From Chloroflexota bacterium (GTDB taxonomy: Bacteria; Chloroflexota; Dormibacteria; CF-121), in contig VBHQ01000161.1 of assembly GCA_005880395.1 (NCBI GenBank), forward strand, positions 1-58,549: a stretch of 58,549 bases of DNA. Reading direction: 5' to 3'. This document shows positions 33,204 through 44,026 of the stretch, one piece after another. The notes beneath the pieces are model-generated. The model was not told where the DNA came from, ran no database searches, and was given only the letters and a program-made list of their open reading frames with translations. The translations under genes and the position numbers were made by a program. Position 1 is the first letter of the stretch; each line of letters begins with the position of its first letter.

Positions 33204-33710
33204 TCAGCTTTTTTCCGGCGGCGGTCCTTCGAGGTCGGGGAGGTCCATGCTGTTGATCAACTCTTTGAAGATCGACAGTTTCTCGTCTTCCTCCTCTTCT
33301 TTTTCGGGAAACACGCCCGCCTTGTCCAGGACGTCCTGGGAAACCATGATCGGACAGGTCATGCGCACGGCGAGCGCGATCGCGTCGCTGGGCCGGGAGT
33401 CGATCTCGACGTCCTTGCCGTTGACGCCCAGGAACAACCGCGCGAAGAACACCTCGTTGGTCAGTGAGGTCACCTGGATTTTCTTCAAGCGCATGTCGGC
33501 GCTCTGCAGGATGTTGGCCACCAGGTCATGCGTGATCGGGCGCTCCGGCGTGATGCCGGTGATCTTCAAGGCGATTGCGTTGGCTTCGTAGATGCCGATC
33601 CAGATGGGCAGGTAACGATCGGTCTCTTTCTCTTTGAGGATCACGACGTGCTGGCCGCTGGGCATGTGCACGCGGATGGAATCGACCTGCATCTCCACGA
33701 ATTTAGCCAT
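33204..33710 (-). CDS. Bifunctional nuclease family protein (DUF151)
   Basis: 168 aa. HVVILKEKETDRYLPIWIGIYEANAIAL...RPITHDL...FFARL...IDSRPSDAIALAVR is the DUF151 pattern. Acidic C-terminal tail. Confidence 0.88.
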   Translation of the reverse strand: MAKFVEMQVDSIRVHMPSGQHVVILKEKETDRYLPIWIGIYEANAIALKITGITPERPITHDLVANILQSADMRLKKIQVTSLTNEVFFARLFLGVNGKDVEIDSRPSDAIALAVRMTCPIMVSQDVLDKAGVFPEKEEEEDEKLSIFKELINSMDLPDLEGPPPEKS

Positions 33711-33796
33711 GCCGAATTCCTGCCCATCTTACCATCGGATTCTCGACGGACGGCCCAGTTTTCTGCGCGTTCTGCTGCCTGCTGCATCGATACACT

Positions 33797-36607
33797 TTGA
33801 TGGTGAGCGCGCCCGAAAAGAAGGAGCGGCTCGTCCTCATCGACGGCCACTCCCTCGTCTACCGGGCCTTCTTCGCGCTGCCCTCGCTGACGGATCGGGA
33901 AGGTCGTGTCGTGAACGCCGCCTACGGCTTCACCTCGATGTTGCTGCTCGCCCTGCAGGAGCATCCGGATTACGTGCTGGCTTCGTTCGATCTCGGCGGC
34001 CGGACATTCCGCCATGAAGAGCTGGAGCAGTACAAGGCGACGAGGCGGCCGACGCCGCCCGAGCTGTCACCCCAGTTTCCACTGACCAGAGAGATCGTGC
34101 GCGCCTTCGGCATCCCGATCTACGAGGTCCAGGGCGTCGAGGCCGACGACGTCATCGGCACGCTCGCAACCCAGGCGCGGGCTCGCGGCTTGCACAGCAC
34201 CATCGTCACGGGTGACCTGGACGCGCTGCAACTGGTCAACGAGGACGTGTTCGTCCTGACGAGTAAGCGCGGGGTTTCGGAAACCGTGCTCTATACGCCG
34301 GAGCGTGTGCGTGAGCGCTACGGGCTGGAGCCGGTGCAGACGGTCGACCTCAAGGGCTTGATCGGCGATGTTTCCGACAACATCCCCGGCATTCGCGGCA
34401 TCGGCGAGAAGACCGCCATCAAGCTCATCCAGGAGTTCGGGTCCGTTGAGAATCTCGTCGACAATCCATCGAAGGTGGCGCCGCCAAAGGTCAAGAAGCT
34501 CGTCGAGGAGTTCGGCGAGCAGGCGTTGCTCAGCAAAAGGATGGCAACGATCGTGCGCGACGTCGACATCACGCTGGATTTGAGCCACGGCTCGGCGAAG
34601 GACTACAGGCCGGATGCCGCCCGAACGATGCTGGCCGACCTCGGCTTCCGCAGTCTGGCGGCTCGGGTCCCGACCACCTGGCGCGATGCCAGCGCCATGT
34701 CGGCGCCGCCGATCTTCGCCCCGCTCGGCAACGGCTCGACTCGAGAGCCGACCCAATCGACGCTCCCCCTCGAATCAGCCTCCTCCGACGCCGTGACCAT
34801 CGTTCGAACCGAGGCGGATCTCGAGCGCGCCATCACGGCGATCGCCGGCGCGGCGGTCGCCGGCCTGCAGATTGTCACCGTCGACGAGGTGCCGCGGCAC
34901 GGACGGATCGCCGCCCTCGTTGTCGGGCTTGATCAGCGCCAGGTCTGGTACGTGCCGGTCGTGCACGAGCAAGAGGCGTGTCTCCAGCTCAAGGACGTCC
35001 TGAACCGCTTCAAGGGATTCTTTGAGGCCGCGCGCCCGTCGAAGATCGGGTTCAACCAGAAGGCGGACTACCTGGCGCTGGCGGCCCACGGCATCCAGCT
35101 GCAGGGGATCGACTGGGATCTGCTGGTGGCCGCCTACCTGCTCAATTCCGGCGTGCGCTCGCCGAGCCTCGAGGCGCTCGCCTCCGATGTCATGCATCGG
35201 ACCATCGAAGGGAGGGAGGCGCTCTTTGGCACCGGGAAGACGGCGATGACCTGCGACCAGGTCGAGATCGCCAGGGCGGCCGCCTTCTTCGGCGAACGGA
35301 TGCGCGTCACCCTGGAGCTGCAGCCGCTGCTCCAGGCCCAGCTGGTGCGTCTCGGCAATGCCGAGCTCTTCCGGGACCTCGAGATGCCGCTCGTGCCGGT
35401 GCTCGCCGAAATCGAAATGGCCGGCGTCGCCGTCGACCTGCCCTACCTGCAGCAGGTCTCGCGCGAGCTGTACGACCAGCTCAGGCGGCTCGACCAGGAG
35501 ATCGAAGACGTCGCCCACGGGCCGATCAATGTGAATTCCCCGCAGCAACTGGCGCGATTCCTGTTCGAGGATCTGAACCTGCCGGGCGGCCGCAAGACGA
35601 AAAGCGGCTACTCGACCGACGCGACCGTGCTCGAGGGACTGCGCGAACAGCATCCGGTGGTCGGCAAGATCCTCGAATACCGGCAGCTCAGCAAGTTGAA
35701 GGGCACGTATGTCGATGCGCTGCCGCTGCTCGTGGATTCCAGGACGCACCGGGTCCACACGTCGTTCAACCAGACGGTGGCGGCGACCGGCCGCCTCTCG
35801 TCGTCGGACCCGAACCTGCAGAACATCCCGATCCGGACGGAGGTTGGGCAGAAGGTCCGGCGCGCCTTCATTCCCGGCCGGACCGGTGACCTCCTGCTTT
35901 CCGCCGACTACTCCCAGATCGAGCTGCGGGTCCTGGCGCACATGACGGATGATCCGGTGCTGGTCGACGCCTTCGCGCGAGGCGAGGACATCCACGCGCG
36001 GACCGCCGCCGAAGTCTTCGGCATTCCCCAGCCCGAGGTCACCGCGAACCAGCGGCGGCTGGCCAAGGTCGTCAACTTCGGGCTCTTCTACGGGCTGAGC
36101 GACTTCGGGCTGGCGCGCGATACCGGGATGTCGACCGAGGAGGCCCGGGTCTTCATCGACGCCTACTTCCGCGCCTATAGCCGGGTCCGCGAGTTCCTGG
36201 AGGGCATCAAGATCCAGGCGCGCGAGCAAGGCTACGTCGAGACGGTGCTCCACCGCCGCCGCTACATCCAGGACATCCGCTCGCCCAACCGGATGCTGCG
36301 CCAGGCCGCCGAGCGGATCGCGATCAACATGCCGGTGCAGGGGTCGGCCGCCGACATCATGAAGCTGGCGATGATCCGACTGCAGCGCTACCTCCAGGAG
36401 CAGCACCTGGAGAGCCGCATGATCCTCACGGTGCACGACGAGCTGGTCTTCGAGGTGCCGCCTGCCGAGCGCGACCACTTAATAGAGGTTGTTCCTGACC
36501 AGATGGCGACCGCCTACCCGCTGACCGTGCCCGTCCAGGTCGACCTGAAGCTGGGTCCGAACTGGCAGGACATGGAGCGCGTTCGGCTGGTGGCGGCGAA
36601 GGCCTAG
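33797..36607 (+). CDS. polA: DNA polymerase I
   Basis: 936 aa. 5'-nuclease domain LIDGHSLVYRAFFAL and GDVSDNIPGIRGIGEKTA. Polymerase motifs LLSADYSQIELRVLAH, RRLAKVVNFGLFYG and VHDELVFE. The start may be TTG 33797 or ATG 33800. Confidence 0.96.
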   Translation: MMVSAPEKKERLVLIDGHSLVYRAFFALPSLTDREGRVVNAAYGFTSMLLLALQEHPDYVLASFDLGGRTFRHEELEQYKATRRPTPPELSPQFPLTREIVRAFGIPIYEVQGVEADDVIGTLATQARARGLHSTIVTGDLDALQLVNEDVFVLTSKRGVSETVLYTPERVRERYGLEPVQTVDLKGLIGDVSDNIPGIRGIGEKTAIKLIQEFGSVENLVDNPSKVAPPKVKKLVEEFGEQALLSKRMATIVRDVDITLDLSHGSAKDYRPDAARTMLADLGFRSLAARVPTTWRDASAMSAPPIFAPLGNGSTREPTQSTLPLESASSDAVTIVRTEADLERAITAIAGAAVAGLQIVTVDEVPRHGRIAALVVGLDQRQVWYVPVVHEQEACLQLKDVLNRFKGFFEAARPSKIGFNQKADYLALAAHGIQLQGIDWDLLVAAYLLNSGVRSPSLEALASDVMHRTIEGREALFGTGKTAMTCDQVEIARAAAFFGERMRVTLELQPLLQAQLVRLGNAELFRDLEMPLVPVLAEIEMAGVAVDLPYLQQVSRELYDQLRRLDQEIEDVAHGPINVNSPQQLARFLFEDLNLPGGRKTKSGYSTDATVLEGLREQHPVVGKILEYRQLSKLKGTYVDALPLLVDSRTHRVHTSFNQTVAATGRLSSSDPNLQNIPIRTEVGQKVRRAFIPGRTGDLLLSADYSQIELRVLAHMTDDPVLVDAFARGEDIHARTAAEVFGIPQPEVTANQRRLAKVVNFGLFYGLSDFGLARDTGMSTEEARVFIDAYFRAYSRVREFLEGIKIQAREQGYVETVLHRRRYIQDIRSPNRMLRQAAERIAINMPVQGSAADIMKLAMIRLQRYLQEQHLESRMILTVHDELVFEVPPAERDHLIEVVPDQMATAYPLTVPVQVDLKLGPNWQDMERVRLVAAKA

Positions 36608-36616
36608 CGGCGCCCG

Positions 36617-37462
36617 ATGCCGGAACTTCCGGAAGTTGAGACCGTCGTTCGTGATCTCCGCCCACAGCTCAGCGGTCGCCGGATCGTGGCCGTCGAGCTC
36701 GGGCGTGATCCGGCGGCGCTGGCCAGGGTGATCCGCTATCCCGCGCCGCGGGCCTTCGGCCGGCGACTGCGCGGGCAGACGATCGCCGCCGTCGAGCGGC
36801 GCGGCAAGTACATCGTGATGCCGCTCGGACAGAACGGCCGGCGCTTCATCGTCCACCTCGGTATGACCGGGCATCTTCGCGCCTGGGAGCCGGAGGAAGC
36901 CCCGGTCAAGCACACGCATTTCCGGGCTCGGCTCGACAGCGGGCTCGAGCTTCGCTACGACGATTCGCGGCAGTTTGGGCGCCTGTTGCTCGGAACCCAT
37001 GAGGAATTGGTGGCCGCCCGGGCGTTTCCCGCGCGGCTGGGACCCGAGCCGATCCACGGCGATCTCACCGAAGCCGAGTTCGAACGGCTGGTCAGGGCGC
37101 GGCGCCGCCCCGTCAAATCGGCGCTATTGGATCAATCGTTTCTCGCCGGCGTCGGCAACATCTACGCCGACGAGGCATGTTTTCGGGCGGGAATCCGTCC
37201 TAGCCGGTGGACGCACCGCCTCACCGTCCGTGAACGGCGGGCGCTCTACGCCTCGATCCAGGAGGTGCTGGAAAACAGCATTGCGGCGCGCGGCTCGTCG
37301 ATCATCAATTACGTCGACGCCTTCGGGTTGCGCGGCGGCAACCAGGAGAAGCTGCTCGTCTACGGCCGCGGTGGGGAGCCCTGTCTGAGATGCGGGACGC
37401 CCTTGCAAGCCACCCGTCTGGCCGGCCGCGGCACGGTGTACTGCCGCAAATGCCAGCGCTAG
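36617..37462 (+). CDS. mutM: Formamidopyrimidine-DNA glycosylase
   Basis: 281 aa. N-terminus MPELPEVETV. H2TH region. C-terminal zinc finger CLRCGTPL...GRGTVYCRKCQ. Confidence 0.94.
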   Translation: MPELPEVETVVRDLRPQLSGRRIVAVELGRDPAALARVIRYPAPRAFGRRLRGQTIAAVERRGKYIVMPLGQNGRRFIVHLGMTGHLRAWEPEEAPVKHTHFRARLDSGLELRYDDSRQFGRLLLGTHEELVAARAFPARLGPEPIHGDLTEAEFERLVRARRRPVKSALLDQSFLAGVGNIYADEACFRAGIRPSRWTHRLTVRERRALYASIQEVLENSIAARGSSIINYVDAFGLRGGNQEKLLVYGRGGEPCLRCGTPLQATRLAGRGTVYCRKCQR

Positions 37463-38151
37463 CCCGACCACGCTGGCCGCGCCTGAGCCGGCGGCTGATG
37501 ATCACCGCGGGCATCTTCCTGGCGGCGTTTATCCTCCTGACGATCCTGGTGCTTGCCGGCGCCTTTACCACGCTCGATCTGCGGCTGACGGACTACCTCC
37601 AGCATCGCGGGAGTTATGGTCAGGACCTCGGCCTCGGCCTGTTTGCGTACCTGGGCAGCATCGAAGTCACGCTGCTGGTCGCCGTCATGCTTGGGTTCGC
37701 CCTTTTTCGAGGGCTGCGCCTGCTCGCCGTCCTCCCGGTCGCCTTCATCCTGGTGGCATCAGGCCTCGAGGCGCTCGGCAAGCAGCTGCTGCCGATCCCA
37801 GCACCGCCCCACGCACTGAACCGGTTTCCCGAGATCCTTCCAGCGTTGACGCACAATGTGGGCTTCTATTCCTACCCGAGCGGGCACGTGCTGCGCGCGA
37901 CGGTGGCCTACGGCCTGGTGCTCTACCTGGCCGAGCGGTGGGACCTCTTCGGCGAAAACAGCTCACGGCTGAGTCCGGTGCTGGTTGTGGCCACCTTCTT
38001 GATCGGCTATGGCGTCGTCTACCTCGGTTGGCACTGGTTTTCCGACGCCGTCGGCGGCCTTCTCCTCGGCCTGACCCTGCTCTTCGGCTTGATCGCCTAT
38101 CTCGAACGCAAACGGACCGTCAATCCCGGTCACACCCAAGCCTTGGACTGA
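37450..38151 (+). CDS. PAP2-family membrane phosphatase (start uncertain: ATG 37450 or ATG 37498)
   Basis: Multiple TM helices. PAP2 motifs ...YPSGHVLRA... and ...WHWFSDAVGG.... The track start at 37390 would overlap mutM by 73 nt, so an internal ATG is more likely. Confidence 0.75.
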   Translation: MPALARPRWPRLSRRLMITAGIFLAAFILLTILVLAGAFTTLDLRLTDYLQHRGSYGQDLGLGLFAYLGSIEVTLLVAVMLGFALFRGLRLLAVLPVAFILVASGLEALGKQLLPIPAPPHALNRFPEILPALTHNVGFYSYPSGHVLRATVAYGLVLYLAERWDLFGENSSRLSPVLVVATFLIGYGVVYLGWHWFSDAVGGLLLGLTLLFGLIAYLERKRTVNPGHTQALD

Positions 38152-38187
38152 GGACTGGCGCTGAGCGCAAGCGGTCAGCCATCGTCG

Positions 38188-38748
38188 GTGGTCAGCTGGC
38201 AACCGAGCCGGCGGTTTGTCGTGGTGATCTCCATACTGGCTGTGCTTCTCTTTTTCGTCGGATTGTTTCTCTACGGGCTGGCGGCCGCCCTGACACACGG
38301 CTCCGCTCCTAGGATGACCGTCGGCCTGTTCGATCTGGCGGTGACCCTCGGGCTGCTCGCGGCCCTGATGGTGGGCCACGAGGGAATCCACGCGCTGGCG
38401 ATGGGCGCGCTTGGCGCGAAACCACGGTTTGGCGCAGCAGTCGCGGGCCGATCCCTCCCGGTTCTGTACGTCGCGGCGCCAGGACACCGCTTCACCAGAG
38501 CGCAGTCCTCAGTGCTTGTCGCTGCACCCGGGATCCTGATTTCACTGCTGGGCCTCGCCGGTGTCAGCGCCCAATGGGGAACAATCCTCGTGGTCCCGCT
38601 CGCGGCACATCTCGCCGGCTGCTGTGGGGACGCCGGACTTATCTGGCGCGTCGCCCGACAGCCACGCGGAACGATGGTTGAACATCGCGGGGAATGGCTG
38701 GTTTTCCATCCGACTTCCGCGACTCAAGGACCGCCGCTCAGCCCGTAG
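38188..38748 (+). CDS. DUF3267-like membrane protein (putative zincin-type, HExxH)
   Basis: 186 aa with 4-5 TM helices and a GHEGIHALAM (HExxH) motif following a TM helix, as in the DUF3267 family. Confidence 0.65.
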   Translation: MVSWQPSRRFVVVISILAVLLFFVGLFLYGLAAALTHGSAPRMTVGLFDLAVTLGLLAALMVGHEGIHALAMGALGAKPRFGAAVAGRSLPVLYVAAPGHRFTRAQSSVLVAAPGILISLLGLAGVSAQWGTILVVPLAAHLAGCCGDAGLIWRVARQPRGTMVEHRGEWLVFHPTSATQGPPLSP

Positions 38749-39119
38749 GCGACGTAGTCGTCGGCTCCCACCTTGAGATAGACGCCCATGTCGCAGGGTA
38801 GTGGAGCGCCGGAATACCTGTGCCGAACACTGTCCGGAAGTGGCCTGGCGAAGATGGGCTTGCCGTCCGCGGTGTTGCCAACCTGCCGGAACGCGAAGAC
38901 GCCAAAGGCATTGCCGATGGCCTCGATCTGGGCTCGGTTCACGTGGGGACCCGGCAAGTACGTCCGATCGCAGTAGGGGATCCGCGTTGGCAGCGCCCTG
39001 GGATCCCAGGTCCCAAAGGCGGCCCGGCTGTAGACCGAGCGGCCGAAGAGCAGGGCGACAGCGACGAAGAGGGTCGCGGTCACGACCGCCGTTAGTCCGG
39101 GCCACAACCAGCGCCGCAT
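38724..39119 (-). CDS. Small membrane-anchored hypothetical protein
   Basis: 131 aa. N-terminal anchor [24 protein letters not shown] followed by non-repetitive sequence of ordinary composition. It converges on the DUF3267 gene and overlaps it by 25 nt. Confidence 0.55.
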   Translation of the reverse strand: MRRWLWPGLTAVVTATLFVAVALLFGRSVYSRAAFGTWDPRALPTRIPYCDRTYLPGPHVNRAQIEAIGNAFGVFAFRQVGNTADGKPIFARPLPDSVRHRYSGAPLPCDMGVYLKVGADDYVAYGLSGGP

Positions 39120-39211
39120 ACCCGTACAACGGCGCCCGCCCGCAACCCGTTCCGCTCGCCAGCCGGCCTGGACCCTGTAAATTTCCGGCTTTCCAAACCT
39201 ACAATTGGGGC

Positions 39212-41272
39212 ATGCCCAGGTTCGCGTTCACGGCTGGTTTCTCGCCCGCGGGAGGCCAGCCGGAGGCCATCAAAAAGCTGGCCCAGGGAGCCCAGAATGG
39301 CCTGAAACATCAGGTCCTGCTTGGCGTGACCGGCTCGGGCAAGACGATGGTCGTCGCCCAGATGATCCAGGAGATCCAGCGTCCGACCCTGGTCATGTCG
39401 CCGAACAAGACGCTCGCGGCCCAGCTCTGCAGCGAGTTCCGCTCGTTCTTCCCCAACAACGCGGTCGAGTACTTCGTCAGCTACTACGACTACTACCAGC
39501 CCGAGGCCTACATTCCCCGAACCGATACCTACATCGAGAAAGACTCCTCGCGCAACGACGAGATCGATCGCTTGCGGCAGTCGGCGACCCGGGCGCTGCT
39601 GACCCGGCGGGACGTCATCGTGGTCGCGAGCGTCTCCTGCATTTACGGCGTCGGCTCGCCCGAGGACTACCTCGGCGAGTCCGTCGAAATCCACACCGGT
39701 GAAGGCTTCCGGCGCGACATCTTTCTGCGCAAGCTGACCAATCTCCAGTACCAGCGCAATGACGTCGACTTCGGCCGCTCCCGGTTCCGCGTCCGCGGCG
39801 ACACGGTCGACGTGCAGCCGTCCTACGATCAGATCGCGACCCGCGTCCAGTTCAACGGGGATGAGGTCGAGCGCATCGTCCAGCTCGATCCATTGACCGG
39901 CGAGATGATTGGCGACCTCGAGATCTTCCAGGTCTTCCCCGCGACGCACTACGTCACCCCGCGCCAGAAGCTGCTGCGCGCGCTCGACGCGATCAGCGAT
40001 GAGCTAGAAGAACGGGTGGCCTGGTTCGAGTCGCAGGGCAAGCTGCTCGAGGCCCAGCGGTTGCGCCAACGAACGATGTTCGACATGGGGATGATGCGCG
40101 AGACCGGCAGCTGCGCCGGGATCGAGAACTACTCGCGCCACTTGACCGGCCGCCGGCCCGGCCAGGAGCCATACACCCTGATGGACTTCCTACCTGAAGA
40201 CACGCTGGTGGTCGTCGATGAGTCGCACGTCGGTGTCCCGCAGGTCGGGGGCATGTACGGGGGCGACCGGTCACGGAAGATCCCCCTGGTCGACTACGGC
40301 TTCCGCCTGCCCTCGGCGCTCGACAACCGCCCGCTGACGTTTGCCGAGTGGGAACGCAAGGTAAAACAAGTGGTCTACGTCTCGGCGACGCCCGGCCCCT
40401 ATGAGGAGCAGCGCTCGCAGCAGACGATCGAGGTCATCATCCGGCCGACCGGGCTGGTCGATCCAACTGTGGAAGTCCGGCCGACCAAAGGGCAGATCGA
40501 CGACCTGCTGGGCGAGATTCGCAAGCGCGTTGACAAGAAGCAGCGGACGCTGATCACGGTGTTGACCAAGAAGATGGCGGAAGACCTCACCGACTACCTG
40601 CGCGAGATGGGCATCAAAGTCAACTACCTGCACTCCGACGTCGACACCCTCGAACGGGTCGAGATTCTTCGCGACCTCCGGCTCGGGGTGTTCGACGTGC
40701 TCGTTGGCATCAACCTGCTGCGCGAGGGGCTGGATCTTCCTGAGGTCGCCTTTATTGCCATCCTGGATGCCGACAAGGAGAGTTATTTGCGCGACGCGCG
40801 CTCGCTGATCCAGACGATTGGCCGGACGGCGCGCAACGTCGAAGGGCACGTCATCCTCTACGGCGACAACATGACCGGGTCGATGCGACGGGCGATGGAC
40901 GAGACCGACCGGCGCCGGACGATCCAGATCGCCTACAACGAGGAGCATGGCATCACGCCCGCCACCATTGTCAAAGCCGTCTATAACCTGGAGCGTCAGC
41001 AGGAGAAGGCGGTCGAGGAGACCATCGCGACGCTCGCCTCCGGTCTGCCGCCGGATGAGATCGAGCGGCTGATCAAGGACCTCGAGCGGCAGATGAAGAA
41101 GGCGGCGCGCGACCTGCAATTCGAGCGAGCGGCGGGGCTGCGCGATCGGCTGGTCGCCCTGCGTCGCGACGCGCTCGAATACCGGCATGCGCTGACCCCG
41201 GCGGCCGCTGCCGAGTCCGGCCAGTGGCGCAAGCCGAAGACGAGCCGCATGAGGGCAAAAGTGCATGGCTAA
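39212..41272 (+). CDS. uvrB: Excinuclease ABC subunit B
   Basis: The start is taken at ATG 39212 ([23 protein letters not shown]...). Motifs [29 protein letters not shown] and the C-terminal UVR motif [13 protein letters not shown] are present. The Arg-rich 137-aa upstream extension in the ORF track is not credible. Confidence 0.95.
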   Translation: MPRFAFTAGFSPAGGQPEAIKKLAQGAQNGLKHQVLLGVTGSGKTMVVAQMIQEIQRPTLVMSPNKTLAAQLCSEFRSFFPNNAVEYFVSYYDYYQPEAYIPRTDTYIEKDSSRNDEIDRLRQSATRALLTRRDVIVVASVSCIYGVGSPEDYLGESVEIHTGEGFRRDIFLRKLTNLQYQRNDVDFGRSRFRVRGDTVDVQPSYDQIATRVQFNGDEVERIVQLDPLTGEMIGDLEIFQVFPATHYVTPRQKLLRALDAISDELEERVAWFESQGKLLEAQRLRQRTMFDMGMMRETGSCAGIENYSRHLTGRRPGQEPYTLMDFLPEDTLVVVDESHVGVPQVGGMYGGDRSRKIPLVDYGFRLPSALDNRPLTFAEWERKVKQVVYVSATPGPYEEQRSQQTIEVIIRPTGLVDPTVEVRPTKGQIDDLLGEIRKRVDKKQRTLITVLTKKMAEDLTDYLREMGIKVNYLHSDVDTLERVEILRDLRLGVFDVLVGINLLREGLDLPEVAFIAILDADKESYLRDARSLIQTIGRTARNVEGHVILYGDNMTGSMRRAMDETDRRRTIQIAYNEEHGITPATIVKAVYNLERQQEKAVEETIATLASGLPPDEIERLIKDLERQMKKAARDLQFERAAGLRDRLVALRRDALEYRHALTPAAAAESGQWRKPKTSRMRAKVHG

Positions 41273-44022
41273 AGGCAAGGGCAGCGACAAGGCTTCGATC
41301 CAGCACACCGAGATCGTCATCCGGGGGGCTCGGGAGCACAACCTCAAGGACATCGACCTGACGTTTCCGCGCGACAAGCTGGTGGTCTTTACCGGATTGT
41401 CGGGCTCGGGCAAGTCGTCGCTCGCCTTCGACACCATCTATGCCGAGGGGCAGCGGCGCTATGTCGAGTCACTGTCCTCCTACGCCAGGCAGTTCCTCGG
41501 GCAGATGGACAAGCCCGATGTCGACCAGATCGACGGCCTATCGCCGGCGATCTCGATCGATCAGAAGGGCGCCAGCCACAATCCGCGGTCGACGGTCGGC
41601 ACCGTCACCGAGATCTACGACTACATGCGCTTGATGTGGGCCCGGATCGGCCATCCGCACTGCCCGATCAGCGGTCACGAGATCACCCGGCAGACGACCG
41701 AGCAGATCGCCGACCGGATTCTCGAGATGCCCAAGGGCACGCGAATTCGGATCATGGCTCCCGTTGTGCGCGGGCGCAAAGGCGAGTATCAGGACATCTT
41801 CACGGAAGCCAGGAAGGCCGGCTTCAGTCGTGTCCGGGTGGATGGTCAATTTTATGAGCTCAACGAAAAGATCCCACTGGAAAAGAACAAGAAGCACGAC
41901 ATTGAAATCGATGTCGACCGGTTACCGGTTGATCCGGCGTCCGTAAGCCGGCTTCGCGAGTCCGTCGAGACGGCGGCAAAGCTCGCCAATGGGCTGGTGC
42001 TGGTCACGCCCTATGAGGGGAAGGGTGCAGAAGAGTTGTTCAGCCAGAATTTCGCTTGCCCTTACGACGGCTTCTCGATGGAGGACCTCGCGCCGCGGAA
42101 CTTTTCCTTCAACAATCCACATGGCGCGTGTCCGGCCTGTACCGGACTGGGCAGCAAGCTCGAGGTCGATCCCGACCTGGTCATTCCCGACAAAGACCGT
42201 GCGCTGGGCGATGGCGCGATCCGGACCTGGGGTCGGTCATCCTACTTCTACAACGACCTGGTCGAAGCGGTGGCCGGTCGCTACAAGATTCCGATGAACA
42301 AGCCGTTCGGTCGGCTGTCCGTCAAAGATCGGCAGATCATCCTGTATGGCAATAACGGCGATCCTCTGCGTGTGAAGTACTACAACAGCGAAGGCCAGCG
42401 CCGCTGGTACGAGACCTCCTATGAAGGGATCGTGCCGAATCTCGAGCGGCGGCATCGGGAGACCGAGTCCGAGTTCATCCGCGCCGAGATCGAGCGGCTG
42501 ATGAGCACGAAGCCTTGCCCGGTCTGCAAGGGCAAGCGACTGAAGCCGGAGTACCTGGCGGTCACCGTCCAGGACAAATCGATCATGGATGTCTGCGAGC
42601 TGTCGATCTCGGCGGCCCAGCAATGGTTCGCCACCCTCAAGCTGTCGGAGCGCGAGCTCCTGATCGCGCGCGGCATCCTGAAGGAGATCCGCGAGCGCCT
42701 TCAGTTCCTGGTCGACGTGGGTCTCGACTACCTGAACCTGGCCCGGTCGGCGGAGTCGCTCTCCGGCGGCGAGGCGCAGCGGATCCGGCTCGCGACGCAG
42801 ATCGGCTCCAAGCTGATGGGCGTTCTCTACATCCTCGACGAGCCTTCGATCGGCCTGCATCAGCGCGACAACCGGAAGCTGATCAACACGCTGCTGTCGC
42901 TGCGCGACATCGGTAACACGGTGGTCGTCATCGAACATGATGAAGAGACGAGCCTTCCTGCGTGGGGAGCGAGCGATCCCCTTGCCGGCGCATCGCCGCA
43001 AAGGCAGCGGACAGATGCTGGTGGTGCGGGGGGCGGCCGAGAACAACTTGAAGACGATCGACGTCTACTTCCCGCTGGGCAAGTTGATCTGCGTCGCCGG
43101 TGTCAGCGGCTCCGGCAAGAGCACGCTGGTCAGCGACATCCTCTATCGAAGGCTCGCCCAGCATTTCTATCGCGCCAAAGACCGGCCGGGTCGCCACCGC
43201 GAAGTTTCCGGCCTCAACTTCATCGACAAGGTGATCAACGTCGACCAGTCGCCGATCGGCCGGACCCCACGCTCGAATCCCGCAACCTACACCGGCGTCT
43301 TCACCTACATCCGCGAGCTGTTCTCTGAGATGCCCGAGGCCCGGGTCCGCGGCTACAAGCCGGGCCGTTTCAGCTTCAACGTCAAGGGCGGCCGCTGCGA
43401 GAACTGCGAGGGCGACGGCATCATCAAGATCGAGATGCACTTCCTGCCCGACGTCTACGTGCCCTGCGAGGTCTGCAAGGGCAAGCGCTACAACAAGGAG
43501 GCGCTCGAAGTGACCTATCGCGGCAAGACGATTGCCGACGTGCTGGACATGAGCGTCGAGGAGGCGACCGAGTTTTTCGACCGGATTCCGCGGATCAAGC
43601 GCAAGCTGCAGACGCTTTGCGAGGTTGGCCTCGGGTATATCCGCCTCGGGCAGCCGGCAACGCAACTGTCCGGGGGCGAGGCTCAGCGGGTGAAGCTCAC
43701 CGAGGAGCTCAGCCGCCGCGACACCGGGAAGACCTTTTACATCCTTGATGAGCCGACAACCGGATTGCACTTCGCCGACATCGAGCGCCTGCTCAACGTC
43801 CTCCATCGCCTCGTCGACGCCGGCAACACGGTCGTCGTCATCGAACACAACCTGGACGTACTGAAAACCGCGGACTACATCATCGACCTGGGCCCGGAGG
43901 GCGGCGACAAGGGCGGCGAGGTGGTGGCTTGTGGAACGCCCGAGGAGATCGTGCGCAATCGCCGCTCCTACACCGGCCAGTACCTGCGGCGCGTCCTCGA
44001 CCCGGAGCTGGCGATAGCCTGA
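41265..44022 (+). pseudogene. uvrA: Excinuclease ABC subunit A; frame broken near 42948-42953 with an internal block missing
   Basis: The first frame is UvrA-like from MAKGKG...[28 protein letters not shown] through ...[12 protein letters not shown]...YILDEPSIGLHQRD...[13 protein letters not shown], then turns to nonsense. A second frame continues [34 protein letters not shown]...[10 protein letters not shown]...[10 protein letters not shown]...YTGQYL to the stop. About 35-40 residues expected between HDEE and the TGxxL segment (the ...AAD-x-(I/V)-(I/V)D-(I/L)GPGAG... block) are absent. Confidence 0.85.
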
Positions 44023-44026
44023 GGTC

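Noticed and set aside
38801-39211. 137-codon N-terminal extension of uvrB in the ORF track (start 38801)
   Set aside because: The extension is Arg/Pro/Ser-rich and overlaps the oppositely oriented 131-aa gene. The conserved UvrB N-terminus begins exactly at ATG 39212.
39120-39211. SOS/LexA operator upstream of uvrB (also looked upstream of uvrA, polA and pcrA)
   Set aside because: I found no GAAC-N4-GTTC or CTGT-N8-ACAG type palindrome. The nearest match (AACCCGTT) is not palindromic.
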